Part shown: piece after piece, positions 10,900-23,017 of the stretch
Position numbering within the stretch: the first letter of the stretch is position 1
Layout: each line of letters starts with the position of its first letter
Assembly: GCA_963814375.1 (NCBI GenBank)
Contig: CAWFCQ010000008.1
Location: forward strand, 320,001-384,000
DNA: 64,000 nucleotides
Origin: an uncultured Chloroflexia bacterium
GTDB lineage: Bacteria > Chloroflexota > Limnocylindria > QHBO01
Reading direction: 5' to 3'
Notes under the pieces: model-generated
Databases searched by the model: none
What the model was told of the DNA's origin: nothing
What the model saw: the letters and a program-made list of their open reading frames with translations, nothing else
Made by a program: the position numbers and the translations under genes

Positions 10900-11904
10900 C
10901 TACTCGACCTCCTCGCGCGCCGGGCTGCTCGATCGGATGATCGCGATCGCATTCTCGATCTTGAGCTTCGTGATGGTGAGGTGCTTCGCGAAGTTGGCGC
11001 GGTTGACCTCCGGGATCTGCTCCATCAGCTCGGGCTGACGAAGGATGTCGACGAGGTCGTCGACGCCCTCCGAAAGCTTCGAGCGCGCGCCCATCAGCGC
11101 ATCGTCCGCGGCCTGGACCTCGGCTGCATTCCCTGCTGCCGTCTTCGCGCGACGCCGCGGTGTCCTCGTCGTCGACTCCTCTCCGTCGTCGGACTTCGGG
11201 GTCGTTGACCCGGTGATGACGCGAAGCTTGGCGAGCGAGAGCTCACCCGCAGCGATGCGCTTGGCCAGCCGGCGGCGTTTTCGCTCGTCCCCGATCTTCA
11301 TCAGCTCGTACGCGTGGCTGATCGTGTCTTTGCGCAATGACACGAGCTCGCGGATGTCGGCCGGAGCATCGGACAGGCGAAGGCGATTCTCGACGTATCC
11401 CTTGTCCTTGCCGACCTTCTGGGCGAGCTGGCGGACGGAGTAGCCGAACGCATCGGTCATCTTGCGGAACATGGCCGCCTCCTCCAGCGGGGAGACGTCC
11501 TCGCGCTGGAGGTTCTCGATGATGCTGACCTCGAGCGCCGTGCTCTCGTCGAACTCGACGACGATCGCGGGGATCGATTCGCGGCCGGCCATGCCCGAAG
11601 CACGCCACCGGCGTTCTCCGGCGATGAGCTCGAACTTCGTCGCGCTGGGGCGGACCAGGATCGGCTGCAGCACGCCATGCTCGCGAATCGATTGCGCCAG
11701 CTCGGTCAGCGACTCCTCGTCATAGGAGAGGCGGGGCTGCGCCGGGTTGGGGAGGATCTTATCGATGGGCACTTCTCGTATCTGCGCGTGCGTGGCGCGC
11801 GACTCGATGAGCGACACGATCCCCGGCGCGAGGTCGGTGGCCTGGGCCTCGTCGAAGAGGCGATGGATATTCTCGCGGAATGCCGCGGGACGCTTGCTAG
11901 CCAA
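10900..11904 (-). CDS. parB: ParB/Spo0J family partition protein (CTPase)
   Basis: PNPAQPR, SIREHGVLQPILVR, IAGERRWRA, IIENLQREDVSPLEEA; AGGAGG RBS with TTG start; overlaps parA stop. Confidence 0.92.
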   Translation of the reverse strand: MASKRPAAFRENIHRLFDEAQATDLAPGIVSLIESRATHAQIREVPIDKILPNPAQPRLSYDEESLTELAQSIREHGVLQPILVRPSATKFELIAGERRWRASGMAGRESIPAIVVEFDESTALEVSIIENLQREDVSPLEEAAMFRKMTDAFGYSVRQLAQKVGKDKGYVENRLRLSDAPADIRELVSLRKDTISHAYELMKIGDERKRRRLAKRIAAGELSLAKLRVITGSTTPKSDDGEESTTRTPRRRAKTAAGNAAEVQAADDALMGARSKLSEGVDDLVDILRQPELMEQIPEVNRANFAKHLTITKLKIENAIAIIRSSSPAREEVE

Positions 11905-12664
11905 GCTCGATCACCTCCTGCGCCAGGTCGCGGAACGCACGGGCAGCGGACGAGTTGGTTGCGTACTCGGTGACTGGCTTCCCGGTCAGCGGCGCCTCTC
12001 CGAGCTTCACGGTCTGTTTGATCATCGTGTTGAAGACGCGATGATCGCCGAGCTGCTTGAGGTTCTCGAGCATCTCGCGAGCGAGCACGGTACGTCCGTC
12101 GAAGAACGTCGGCAGCAGGCCGAGGACCTCGAGATCGTGATTCAGCTTGATCTTGATGGTGTTGATGACCTTGATAAGCGCCGTCAGACCCTTGATGGCG
12201 TAGTACTGCGTCTGCACCGGAATGATGACGCGGCTCGACGCGACCAGCGAGTTGATCGTCAGCAGGCCGAGCGTTGGCGGGCAGTCGAGGATCACGACAT
12301 CGAACTGGCGATCGGCCCATCCGGAGAGGGCGTCGCGAAGAACCATCTCGCGGCCGATGGCGGTGAACAGCTCGACCTCGGTGGATGCGAGCTCGAGTGT
12401 CGCCGGCGCAACCCACAGGCCCTGTGTCTCCGTTTCGCGCACCACCTCGTCGAGCGCCACGCGATCGTCAGAAAGCACGTCGGCCATCGATAGCCGTACG
12501 TCGGAGAGAGACACGCCGAGTCCGACAGTCAGGTTGGCCTGCGGATCCATGTCCACGCAGAGGACCCGATATCCGCGTTCGGCCAATGCGCCGCCGAGGT
12601 TGATCGAGCAGGTCGTCTTGCCGACACCGCCCTTCTGGTTCGCCATTGAGATTACCTTGGTCAA
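11897..12664 (-). CDS. parA: ParA/Soj family ATPase
   Basis: Deviant Walker A NQKGGVGKTT, DMDPQANLT, LDCPPTLG, IIPVQ, VKLGEAP. Confidence 0.93.
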   Translation of the reverse strand: MTKVISMANQKGGVGKTTCSINLGGALAERGYRVLCVDMDPQANLTVGLGVSLSDVRLSMADVLSDDRVALDEVVRETETQGLWVAPATLELASTEVELFTAIGREMVLRDALSGWADRQFDVVILDCPPTLGLLTINSLVASSRVIIPVQTQYYAIKGLTALIKVINTIKIKLNHDLEVLGLLPTFFDGRTVLAREMLENLKQLGDHRVFNTMIKQTVKLGEAPLTGKPVTEYATNSSAARAFRDLAQEVIELG

Positions 12665-12756
12665 CGCATCACCCTTCGTGCGGCTCGACGGGTCGGAATC
12701 GTCGCGGATGCGACGCCTCCGATGATAGGCTCGGCGCGCGGGATCGGTCACCCGGG

Positions 12757-12826
12757 TTATCCACAACGTGGAGAAATGTCGATGTCGTTGTGCAAAGACG
12801 GCCGTCTATACTCGGACTTGTCCACC
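12757..12826. promoter_or_regulatory. DnaA box cluster in the divergent parA / tRNA promoter region
   Basis: Perfect TTATCCACA 12757-12765; inverted CGTGGAGAA 12767-12775; TTGTCCACC 12818-12826; -10 elements TATCAT (minus, 12722-12727) and TATACT (plus, 12807-12812). Confidence 0.6.
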
Positions 12827-12838
12827 GTCCCGCCGCGC

Positions 12839-12914
12839 GGGCCCGTAGCTCAATGGTTAGAGCAACCGGCTCATAACCGGACGGTCGCAGGTTCGATTCC
12901 TGCCGGGCCCACCA
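12839..12914 (+). tRNA. tRNA with CAT anticodon, most likely tRNA-Ile2 (lysidine)
   Basis: GGGCCCG/CGGGCCC acceptor; CCGG-CT-CAT-AA-CCGG anticodon arm typical of Ile2; no initiator C1 mismatch or GGG/CCC stem; CCA. Confidence 0.9.
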
Positions 12915-12942
12915 CTGCAATGACGACGAAGGAGTGCGCCGC

Positions 12943-14493
12943 GTGTCGACTGCGGACAAGCTTCAGCGCCTGAGTGCTCTGCGCGACGATGCGCGCCAGG
13001 GCGGGGGATCGAAGCGGTTGGACCAGCAGCACGCACGCGGCAAGCTGTCTGCCCGCGAACGCCTTGAGCTGCTCCTCGACGAAGACAGCTTCACGGAAAT
13101 CGATGCGTTCGTTACGCATCGCGCGAGCGACTTCGGTCTTGATACCGAACGTTACCTGGGCGATGGCGTCGTCACCGGGTTCGGTCGTATCGATGGCCGA
13201 CTCGTCTTTGTGTACAGCCAGGACTTCACCGTCTTCGGCGGCTCGCTGTCGGAGGCCCACGCGGAGAAGATCTGCAAGGTGATGGATCTGGCCGTGGAGA
13301 ACGGCGCGCCCATCATCGGGCTATCGGACTCCGGCGGCGCGCGGATCCAGGAGGGAGTGGTGAGCCTCGGCGGCTACGCCGACATCTTCCTGCGCAACAC
13401 CATGGCGTCGGGCGTGGTCCCCCAGCTCTCGCTGGTGATGGGCCCCTGCGCCGGCGGCGCGGTGTATTCACCGGCGATCACCGACCTCGTGATCATGGTC
13501 GAGGGCACGAGCTACATGTTCGTCACCGGCCCCAACGTGGTGAAGACCGTCACCCACGAGGAGATCGACTTCGAGGGCCTGGGCGGCGCGCGCGTCCACA
13601 ACGAGACGAGCGGCGTCGCTCACTTTCTCGCATCCGGTGAGCCGCAGGCGCTCGAGCTCGCGCGGACCCTAATCGGATACCTGCCACAGAACAATGTCGA
13701 CCTGACGCCGCGAAGGCACGAGTGGGACTTGCCCGAAACCGACGTTGTAACGCTCGACGCGCTCATCCCGGATTCGCCGAAACAGTCCTACGACATGCAC
13801 ACGGTCATCGGCGGCATCGTCGATGGGGGATCGTTCACCGAGGTTCACGCTCACTACGCCCGCAACATCATCTGCGGCTTCGCGCGGATCGAGGGTCGGA
13901 CGGTTGGGATCGTCGCGCAGCAGCCCGAGGTGCTGGCCGGCGTGCTCGACATCGACGCATCCGACAAGGCTGGCCGATTCGTTCGCACCTGCGACTGCTT
14001 CAACATCCCGATCGTCACGCTCGTCGATGTTCCCGGATTCCTGCCAGGCGTCGACCAGGAGCATCGCGGCATCATTCGCCATGGGGCGAAGCTCCTCTAC
14101 GCCTACTGCGAGGCGACCGTGCCGAAGGTCACCGTCATCACTCGCAAGGCCTACGGCGGCGCGTACGACGTCATGAGCAGCAAGCACGTCCGCGGTGACA
14201 TGAACTTCGCGTGGCCGACCGCCGAGATCGCCGTGATGGGTGTCGAGGGCGCGGTGAATATCATCTTCCGCGAGCGCATTGCCGAAGCCGATGATGCCGA
14301 CGCGGAGCGCGCCGCGCTCGTGGCCGAGTACGAGGAGCGATTCGCGAATCCGTACATCGCCGCTGCGCGGGGGTACGTCGACGAAGTGATCCTGCCATCT
14401 GAGACCCGCGCGCGACTCGTCGGGGCGCTGTCGATGCTCGAGAACAAGCGGCAGTCGGTTCCGCCCAAGAAGCACGGCAACATTCCGCTTTGA
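12943..14493 (+). CDS. pccB: Acyl-CoA (propionyl-CoA) carboxylase carboxyltransferase beta subunit
   Basis: [71 protein letters not shown]; GAAGGAG RBS. Confidence 0.95.
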   Translation: MSTADKLQRLSALRDDARQGGGSKRLDQQHARGKLSARERLELLLDEDSFTEIDAFVTHRASDFGLDTERYLGDGVVTGFGRIDGRLVFVYSQDFTVFGGSLSEAHAEKICKVMDLAVENGAPIIGLSDSGGARIQEGVVSLGGYADIFLRNTMASGVVPQLSLVMGPCAGGAVYSPAITDLVIMVEGTSYMFVTGPNVVKTVTHEEIDFEGLGGARVHNETSGVAHFLASGEPQALELARTLIGYLPQNNVDLTPRRHEWDLPETDVVTLDALIPDSPKQSYDMHTVIGGIVDGGSFTEVHAHYARNIICGFARIEGRTVGIVAQQPEVLAGVLDIDASDKAGRFVRTCDCFNIPIVTLVDVPGFLPGVDQEHRGIIRHGAKLLYAYCEATVPKVTVITRKAYGGAYDVMSSKHVRGDMNFAWPTAEIAVMGVEGAVNIIFRERIAEADDADAERAALVAEYEERFANPYIAAARGYVDEVILPSETRARLVGALSMLENKRQSVPPKKHGNIPL

Positions 14494-16016
14494 CGGCCGC
14501 CGCGTCTTTGCGCACGGACAGCCAGCCGCCGCCCTTCACGCGCCTGCTCATCGCGAATCGCGGCGAGATCGCGATCCGCGTCATCCGCGCCTGCCGAGAC
14601 CTGGGCATCTCACCGATCGCGGTCCACTCCGATGCCGACGTTCGCGCGCTCCACGTTCTCGCCGCGGATAGGTCCGAGCGCCTCGGGCCGGCTCCGGCCA
14701 GCGAGTCCTACCTGTCGATCGCCGCCATCGTCGACGCGGCGCTGCGCAGCGGTGCGGAGGCGATCCACCCCGGTTACGGCTTCGTGTCGGAGAGCGCCGA
14801 GTTCGCACGTGCCGTCGAGGACGCCGGCCTGGTATTCATCGGGCCGCCTCCGACGGTCCTCGATGGCCTCGGCAACAAGATTGCCGCGCGCGCCTCCGCG
14901 GCCGACGCGGGCGTGCCGATCGTTCCCGGCGCGACCTTCACCGAGGACGACGACCCGGCGGCCGTCGAGGATCTCGGCTATCCGGTGATGCTCAAGGCTG
15001 CGGCCGGGGGCGGCGGCCGCGGCATGCGACGAGTCGACGATGCGGGACAGCTGCCCGACGCGATGGCCTCGGCCCGACGCGAGGCGGCGGCGGCCTTCGG
15101 AGATGGCACGATCTACGTGGAACGGCTCATCGCGCCGGCTCGTCACGTCGAGGTTCAGCTGCTCGGCGACCGGCATGGCGGGCTGGCGGTGCTCGGCGAG
15201 CGCGACTGCTCCGTCCAACGGCGACACCAGAAGCTGGTCGAAGAGACGCCGGCACCTTCGCTCGGCGACGGGACCCGCGCGGAGCTGTTCGAGAGCGCGC
15301 GGCGCGTCGCCGGGACCGTCGACTTCCACAACGCCGCGACGGTCGAGTTCCTGGTCGACGCGGACGGAGGTCACTACTTCCTCGAGATGAATACGCGCCT
15401 CCAGGTCGAGCATGGCGTCACCGAGCTCGTCACCGGGCTCGACCTCGTGGCATGGCAGATTCGCGTGGCTGCCGGTGAGCGCCTGCCAGAGGGCGTCCTC
15501 CATCCGGCGTTCCATGGTCATGCCATCGAGGTTCGCCTCTACGCCGAGGACCCCTACCGAGACTTCCGGCCGACCGGCGGGCGGATCGGCGCCTGGCGCA
15601 TGCCGTCCGGCCCGGGGGTTCGGGTCGACGCCGGAATCGAGGCCGACACCGACCTTCCATCCGAGTACGACCCTCTGCTCGCGAAGCTCATGGTCCACGC
15701 CGCCGATCGGGCGACCGCGGTGGCACGGCTCCGCCGCGCGCTGGACGAGACACTGATCGGTGGGCTCCAGACCGACGCGGCATTCCATCGATGGCTGGTC
15801 GACGACGCCGGGTTCGTCGATGGCGCCTACGACACCGGGCTCATCTCCGAGCGGTGGGGGAGCGGCCCGGAGCCGTCGGCCGCGGAGCGATCACTCGCGG
15901 CGTTGGCGGCGATCGAGGCCCGCGGGATCGCTCCATCGCCCCGCGCCGGCGCGAGCGCCGCGCCCGACCGCAGCGGGTGGGGAGCGGCCGCCCGGCGCGA
16001 GGCGCTGCGACCGTGA
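14490..16016 (+). CDS. accC: Biotin carboxylase subunit of acyl-CoA carboxylase
   Basis: [55 protein letters not shown]. Confidence 0.93.
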   Translation: MTAAASLRTDSQPPPFTRLLIANRGEIAIRVIRACRDLGISPIAVHSDADVRALHVLAADRSERLGPAPASESYLSIAAIVDAALRSGAEAIHPGYGFVSESAEFARAVEDAGLVFIGPPPTVLDGLGNKIAARASAADAGVPIVPGATFTEDDDPAAVEDLGYPVMLKAAAGGGGRGMRRVDDAGQLPDAMASARREAAAAFGDGTIYVERLIAPARHVEVQLLGDRHGGLAVLGERDCSVQRRHQKLVEETPAPSLGDGTRAELFESARRVAGTVDFHNAATVEFLVDADGGHYFLEMNTRLQVEHGVTELVTGLDLVAWQIRVAAGERLPEGVLHPAFHGHAIEVRLYAEDPYRDFRPTGGRIGAWRMPSGPGVRVDAGIEADTDLPSEYDPLLAKLMVHAADRATAVARLRRALDETLIGGLQTDAAFHRWLVDDAGFVDGAYDTGLISERWGSGPEPSAAERSLAALAAIEARGIAPSPRAGASAAPDRSGWGAAARREALRP

Positions 16017-16483
16017 GCGAGCTCGAGGCGCGCATCGAGGAGAAGGCGGTGCGACCGGTCGACGGAGTCAGTCTCGAGTGGGTCGATCGCGAAGCTGGGC
16101 TTGCCCGCGTCATCGGCGACGGCGGAGCCGAGCTCGTCCTGGTGGAGGGAGATGGCACGGACTGGGTGGTGACCCTGCGCGGGCGTCGCATCGGGGTGAC
16201 CGTCAGGACCTGGCGCGAGCGTGTCCTGGCCGAGGCCGAGGGCGCGGGTCGGGTGCACTCCGGTCCGACGATCGTCAAGGCCACCCTGCCTGGACTGGTG
16301 GTCGCCGTGCCCGTGGCGGTGGGGGACGAGGTCGACGAGGGGGCCGTCCTTCTCACCATCGAGGCCATGAAGATGCAGAACGAGGTCCGCGCCCCGCGGG
16401 GTGGACGGGTGATCGAGGTCTCGGTGGCAGCCGGCCAGACGGTCATGACCGGCGCGCCGCTGCTGCAGATCGGTCAGTCCTGA
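16013..16483 (+). CDS. accB: Biotin carboxyl carrier protein
   Basis: EAMKMQNE biotinylation motif; GTGA overlap with the upstream gene. Confidence 0.9.
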   Translation: MSELEARIEEKAVRPVDGVSLEWVDREAGLARVIGDGGAELVLVEGDGTDWVVTLRGRRIGVTVRTWRERVLAEAEGAGRVHSGPTIVKATLPGLVVAVPVAVGDEVDEGAVLLTIEAMKMQNEVRAPRGGRVIEVSVAAGQTVMTGAPLLQIGQS

Positions 16484-16509
16484 GTGTCGCTCGGTACAAT
16501 CGGTGGCCG

Positions 16510-18104
<1,595 letters not shown>

Positions 18105-18108
<4 letters not shown>

Positions 18109-18540
18109 GCATCGGGCCGGTGCACCACGTCGCGATCGTCGTGCGCTCGATCGACGAGGCGCTGCCGCGCTATCGCGCCCTGTTCGGGCTCGAGCCGGAA
18201 GCGGAGCCGATGGTCTTCGCCCCGCAGCGCGTCCGCCTCTGCTTCCTTCCGACCGGGCCGGAGCCGGCCGCGAGGCTCGAGCTGGTCGAGCCGATCGACG
18301 ATGAAGGTGGCGTGGCGCGCTACCTCGCCTCACATGGCGAGGGCGTCCATCACGTCTGCTTCCTGACCGACGACCTGCCGGCATCGCTCGAGGCCCTGGC
18401 CGCGGCCGAGGCCGAGCTCATCGACCGCGAGCCGCGGGCGGGCGCCCACGGCATCGGTCGCCTTCGTCCATCCACGGACCCTCAACGGCGTCCTGTGGGA
18501 GCTGCTCGACACCGGCGTCGCCGATTTGACCTCCCGATAG
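18105..18540 (+). CDS. mce: Methylmalonyl-CoA epimerase (VOC family); frameshift near 18455
   Basis: [29 protein letters not shown], then shifted frame [16 protein letters not shown]. Confidence 0.88.
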
Positions 18541-18582
18541 TCAAGCGGTTCGAGCGCGGCCCGACCGCCTGGGACCAGTCGC

Positions 18583-19110
18583 CTAGGACTCCTCGATCGG
18601 CTCGCCGTCGGCGCCGAAGACCCACCAGACTTCGCCCTGGCCCTGGCCGTTGACGTCCCCGGCCGCCTCGTCACCCGCGAAGTAGTAGGCCGGGAAGCCG
18701 TTGACGCTCAGCTGCGTCGAGCCATCCGTGCCCTCGACCGTCCCGAGCTCGGCGGTCACGCCGTCGCCCGCCGTCGGGGTCCCCTCGGCCTCGACCGGCG
18801 GCCAGTTGGTCAGGCACTCGCCGGTGCAGTTGCTCGTGCCCTCGGTGTCGTTGGCGAAGTAGTAGATCGTCAGGCCGTCCGCATCGGTCAGGATCTCGCC
18901 GAGATCCGAGTCGGCCACGAGAACGGCCGCGTCGCCCGATGCAGCCTCGGACGCGCTTGCGGACGCTTCGGCAGACTCCGACGCTGGCGCGGATGGCGAG
19001 GCCTCGGCGGCCTCCGAACTTGCCGCCGGTGACTCGGTGCAGGCGGCCAGCACGAGGACAAGGCTGGCGAGCACGACGGGACGGGCGGACGTGAGGGTAC
19101 GCAGTGACAT
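18583..19110 (-). CDS. Lipoprotein with Yx(FWY)xxD repeats (COG4315-like)
   Basis: Lipobox LAAC; LTDADGLTIYYFAND, CTGECLTNWPPV, GFPAYYFAGD...GDVNGQG. Confidence 0.88.
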   Translation of the reverse strand: MSLRTLTSARPVVLASLVLVLAACTESPAASSEAAEASPSAPASESAEASASASEAASGDAAVLVADSDLGEILTDADGLTIYYFANDTEGTSNCTGECLTNWPPVEAEGTPTAGDGVTAELGTVEGTDGSTQLSVNGFPAYYFAGDEAAGDVNGQGQGEVWWVFGADGEPIEES

Positions 19111-19170
19111 GCTGGCTCCAAGGCATACGGTGATCTGTAGCGACGTACGCCCCTGGTTACAGGCGCGAGA

Positions 19171-20049
19171 TCAGCTGACGCCGGCTTCGCGCAGCAGGCG
19201 AGGGATCTCCGACGGCGAGTCGGCCACCCGAATGCCGGCCGCCTCGAGCGCGCTCCGCTTCGACTCGGCGGTGCCGGCACCGCCCGAGATGATCGCCCCG
19301 GCGTGGCCCATCCGCCGTCCGGGTGGTGCGGTTCGGCCCGCGATGAAGGCCGCCATCGGCTTGCGCACCTCGCGCGCGCAGAAGGCCGCCGCCTTCTCTT
19401 CCTCCTCGCCCCCGATCTCGCCGATCATCACGATCGCCTCGGTCTCGGCGTCCTGGTTGAAGAGGTCGAGAGCGTCGACGAAGCTGGTCCCGACGATCGG
19501 GTCGCCGCCGATGCCGAGGCAGGTCGTCTGCCCCATTCCGGCATCGGTCATCGCCTGCACCACCTCGTAGGTCAGGGTTCCCGATCGGGACACGAGCCCG
19601 ACCGGGCCGCGGGCGTGGATGTTGCCTGGGATGATCCCGACCTTGGCCTCGCCGACCGACGTCAGGCCCGGGCAGTTCGGGCCGATGAGGCGCACCCCCT
19701 TCGCCCGGAGCACGTGGTAGACCCGGAGCATGTCGAGCGCGGGCACGCCCTCGGTGATGCACACGACCAGGGGGACGTTCGCGTCGGCGGCCTCGAGCAT
19801 CGCGTCGGGCGCGAATGCGGCCGGGACGAAGATGCACGTCGCGTTGGCGCCGGTCTGCTCGACCGCCTCGGCGACGGTGTCGTACACGGGCACGCGCCCG
19901 TCGAGCGCCGCCTGGCCGCCCTTGCCCGGCGTCACGCCGGCGACGATATTCGTCCCGTACTCGAGCATCGCCGCCGAGTGGAACTCGCCCTCCCGCCCGG
20001 TGATGCCCTGGACCAGGAGGCGGGTGTCGCCGTTGACGAGGACGCTCAC
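19171..20049 (-). CDS. sucD: Succinyl-CoA synthetase alpha subunit
   Basis: [46 protein letters not shown]. Confidence 0.97.
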   Translation of the reverse strand: MSVLVNGDTRLLVQGITGREGEFHSAAMLEYGTNIVAGVTPGKGGQAALDGRVPVYDTVAEAVEQTGANATCIFVPAAFAPDAMLEAADANVPLVVCITEGVPALDMLRVYHVLRAKGVRLIGPNCPGLTSVGEAKVGIIPGNIHARGPVGLVSRSGTLTYEVVQAMTDAGMGQTTCLGIGGDPIVGTSFVDALDLFNQDAETEAIVMIGEIGGEEEEKAAAFCAREVRKPMAAFIAGRTAPPGRRMGHAGAIISGGAGTAESKRSALEAAGIRVADSPSEIPRLLREAGVS

Positions 20050-21185
20050 GAAGTCCCGCCCGCGGCCGCGACTGCCTTCGCGGCGGCGTCGTCGAGCGAG
20101 TCGGCCGTGATCAGCTGCGCCTCGGCCAGGATCGGCTTCGCCTCCTCCGCGTTGGTCCCGACGATCCGCACGACCATCGGCACCTCGCGCTCGAGTGACT
20201 GGCGCGCCTCCACGATCCCGCGGGCCACCTCGTCGCCACGGGTGATCCCGCCGAAGATGTTGATGAGGATGGCCTTGACGTTGGGGTCGTCGAGGATGAT
20301 CCGGAACGCGGCCGCCACGCGATCGGCCTTCGCGCCGCCGCCGATGTCGAGGAAGTTCGCCGGCTCGCCTCCGGCCAGCTTGACGAGGTCCATCGTCGTC
20401 ATCGCCAGCCCGGCGCCGTTGACCATGCAGCCGATCGTGCCGTCCAGCTTGATGAAGCTGATCCCTGCCTCGCGGGCCGCGATCTCGGACGGCTCCTCCT
20501 CGTTGAGGTCGCGCATCGCCTCGAGGTCGGGATGGCGGGGGAGCGCGGAGTCGTCGAGCACGATCTTGGCGTCGAGCGCCAGCAGCCGCCCGTCGTCGGT
20601 CACGACGAGGGGATTGATCTCGGCGAGGTCCGCATCGGCGTCGACGAAGGCGTCGTAGAGGCCGCGCATCACGGTCGCGAAGTCGCGTCGCAGCTCCGGC
20701 GAGATGCCCAGGAAGAAGCCGATGCGACGCACCTCGTGCTCCTGGAGGCCGATGAGCGGATGGAGTGGCAGACGCAGGATCGCCCCGGGATTCGTCCGGG
20801 CGGTCTCCTCGATCTCGACCCCACCCTCGGCCGATGCGATCACGGTGATCGCCTTCGAGGCACGGTCCAGGATGAGTCCGAGGTAATACTCCCTGGCGAT
20901 CTCGGCCGCCGGCGCGACGAGCACGGTCTTCACCGTCACGCCCTTGATGTCGAGGCCGATGATCTCGCGCGCGCGCTGCTCCGCCTCATCAGGCGTCGCC
21001 GCGAGCTTCACGCCGCCGGCCTTGCCTCGGCCGCCCACGAGGACCTGGGCCTTGACCACCACCGGTCCGCCGATCCGAGCGGCGGCTGCGCGCGCATCCT
21101 CGGGCGTGGTCGCCGTCTCGCCGTCCAGCAGCGGCACGCCGTGGCGGGCGAGGATCTCCTTGGACCGATACTCCTGGAGCTTCAT
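20046..21185 (-). CDS. sucC: Succinyl-CoA synthetase beta subunit
   Basis: [60 protein letters not shown]. Confidence 0.97.
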   Translation of the reverse strand: MKLQEYRSKEILARHGVPLLDGETATTPEDARAAAARIGGPVVVKAQVLVGGRGKAGGVKLAATPDEAEQRAREIIGLDIKGVTVKTVLVAPAAEIAREYYLGLILDRASKAITVIASAEGGVEIEETARTNPGAILRLPLHPLIGLQEHEVRRIGFFLGISPELRRDFATVMRGLYDAFVDADADLAEINPLVVTDDGRLLALDAKIVLDDSALPRHPDLEAMRDLNEEEPSEIAAREAGISFIKLDGTIGCMVNGAGLAMTTMDLVKLAGGEPANFLDIGGGAKADRVAAAFRIILDDPNVKAILINIFGGITRGDEVARGIVEARQSLEREVPMVVRIVGTNAEEAKPILAEAQLITADSLDDAAAKAVAAAGGTS

Positions 21186-21289
21186 CCGGCCTCCCTGGGG
21201 CGTCGCGGGCACGCGTGCGAGAGTTTGTGGCATGCCTGCGCGGGGACGCAGAGGATTGTACCGATCGGAGGATGCCGTAGGCTGCGCCG

Positions 21290-21307
21290 ATGGGCGGCGG
21301 AACGTGA
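21290..21307 (+). other. Candidate leaderless uORF (MGGGT*) coupled to the MFS gene
   Basis: TAGGCT(21278-83)-6 nt-ATG; its TGA overlaps GTG 21304. Confidence 0.4.
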
Positions 21308-22932
21308 ACATCCGGGCAACGCTGGCCCAGGTCGTCGCGAATCCCTCGCTGCGCCGGCTGCAGGTTGCCTGGCTCGTCGGCATCGCGGCCGAGAAGGCGT
21401 ACTTCGTCGCGCTGCTGGTCTATGCCTACGAGGTCGGGGACGTGGCGGCCGTCGGCCTCTTCACGCTTCTGGCGTCGCTGCCCTCGGGTCTCTTCGGGCC
21501 GATCCTCAGCTCGATCTTCGAATCGTTCCGACCGGGCCGCGTCCTGCTCGGGCTCCATGCCGGGCGGGCCCTGGTGGTCGCCCTGGCAGCCGCGGCCATC
21601 GCGCTCGACCTCGGCTTCGGGATCATCGTCGCAGCGGCGATCACGGAAGGCATCCTGACCCGACAGCACACCGCGTTCACGCGCGCGCTGCTGCCGGCGC
21701 TGGCCCGGACGCCGGACGAGCTGATCGCCGGTAACGCGGTCACGAGCCTGGGCGAGGCCGCCGGATCGCTCGTCGGTCCGGCAGTCGCCGGCGCCCTTCT
21801 GGTGGTCGGCGGGCCGGTGCTCGTGCTGGCGGTGACGTCGGCCGCCTTCGTCGTCGCTGCCATCCTCGTGCTCACGCTCCACGTCGCGACCGTCGTGCGG
21901 GCGGCGGCGGAGGGCGTGCGGGCCACGCTGCGCCAGACGCTCGGCGGCTTCGGCGCGCTGTGGCGCCACGGGGCCGCCGGGCTCCTCGTCGCCCTGTTCA
22001 TCAGCCAGGTCGTCGTGCGCGGTGCGCTCACCGTCCTCCTGGTGTCGGCCGCCATCGACCTGCTCGGCATCGGCGATTCGGGCGTCGGCTATCTCAATGC
22101 CGCCGTCGGCGCGGGAGGGCTCGTGGGAGCGCTGATCGCGATGGGACTGCTCGTCGGGCGGAGTCTCTCGCTTTCATTCGCCGTTTCGCTCGCGGCGTGG
22201 GGTGCACCGATCGCGGTCATCGGCTTCATCCCGAACCCGGCGCTCGCCTTCGTCATGGCGGGGATCGTCGGCGCGGCCAACGCCTCGATCGACGTCGCCG
22301 GCTACACGCTCCTGGCGCGCTCCGTGCCGAACGAGGTGCGCGGCCGCGTCTTCGGCGTCCTCCAGAGCCTGGTCGGCTTCGGCATCGCGCTGGGGGCGAT
22401 CCTCGCGCCGCTGCTCGTCGGCGTCGCCGGGCTGCAGGGAGCGCTCGTCATCACCGGCCTCGTCCTGCCGGTCCTGGCCCTCGTCAGCTTCCCGGGCGTG
22501 CGCCGCGCGGAGGGCGCCGCCATCCTTCCCGAGCGCCAGCTGGCGGCAATGCGCCGGATGCCGATGTTCGCCCCGCTCTCGCTGACCGCGCTCGAGCAGA
22601 TGGCCGGAAGCCTCGATGCGGTCTCGTTCGAGAGCGGCGAGCGCGTCATCACCCAGGGGGAGCGCGGCGACTGCTTCTACCTCATCGAGTCGGGCACGGT
22701 CGCGATCATCCACGACGGCCATCACGAGGCGACGCTGGGCGCTGGAGACGGGTTCGGCGAGATCGCCCTGCTGAGCGACATCCCGCGCACGGCGACCGTC
22801 GAGGTCGTCGAGCCGCTGACGGGCTATCGGCTCCCGCGCGATGCCTTCCTGGAGGCGCTGACCGGAAGCCCGAACGCCGCGCTGGCGGCCGACGAGCTTG
22901 CGTCGCGCCGCCTCGGCCAGCTGACCCACTGA
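21304..22932 (+). CDS. MFS transporter with C-terminal cyclic-nucleotide-binding domain
   Basis: About 12 hydrophobic segments; [11 protein letters not shown]; cNMP motif [16 protein letters not shown]...[10 protein letters not shown]...PRTATV. Confidence 0.88.
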   Translation: MNIRATLAQVVANPSLRRLQVAWLVGIAAEKAYFVALLVYAYEVGDVAAVGLFTLLASLPSGLFGPILSSIFESFRPGRVLLGLHAGRALVVALAAAAIALDLGFGIIVAAAITEGILTRQHTAFTRALLPALARTPDELIAGNAVTSLGEAAGSLVGPAVAGALLVVGGPVLVLAVTSAAFVVAAILVLTLHVATVVRAAAEGVRATLRQTLGGFGALWRHGAAGLLVALFISQVVVRGALTVLLVSAAIDLLGIGDSGVGYLNAAVGAGGLVGALIAMGLLVGRSLSLSFAVSLAAWGAPIAVIGFIPNPALAFVMAGIVGAANASIDVAGYTLLARSVPNEVRGRVFGVLQSLVGFGIALGAILAPLLVGVAGLQGALVITGLVLPVLALVSFPGVRRAEGAAILPERQLAAMRRMPMFAPLSLTALEQMAGSLDAVSFESGERVITQGERGDCFYLIESGTVAIIHDGHHEATLGAGDGFGEIALLSDIPRTATVEVVEPLTGYRLPRDAFLEALTGSPNAALAADELASRRLGQLTH

Positions 22933-23017
22933 GGTCGCGGGCGCACCCGACGGCATCGGCCTAGACTGCTCGACCGTACGCCGGCGCTTTGACCGGCCGC
23001 ACGACGAGGTGCATCCG

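Noticed and set aside
12720-12830. Replication origin next to parAB
   Set aside because: Only one perfect DnaA box, no AT-rich unwinding element and no dnaA/dnaN nearby. Kept as a regulatory site.
8486-12914. tRNA-bounded genomic island or integrated plasmid carrying parAB
   Set aside because: No integrase, no duplicated tRNA 3' end (att site) and no evident GC or codon shift.
12839-12914. tRNA-Met or initiator tRNA-fMet
   Set aside because: It lacks the initiator C1:A72 mismatch and three G-C anticodon-stem pairs; the anticodon arm context fits Ile2 better.
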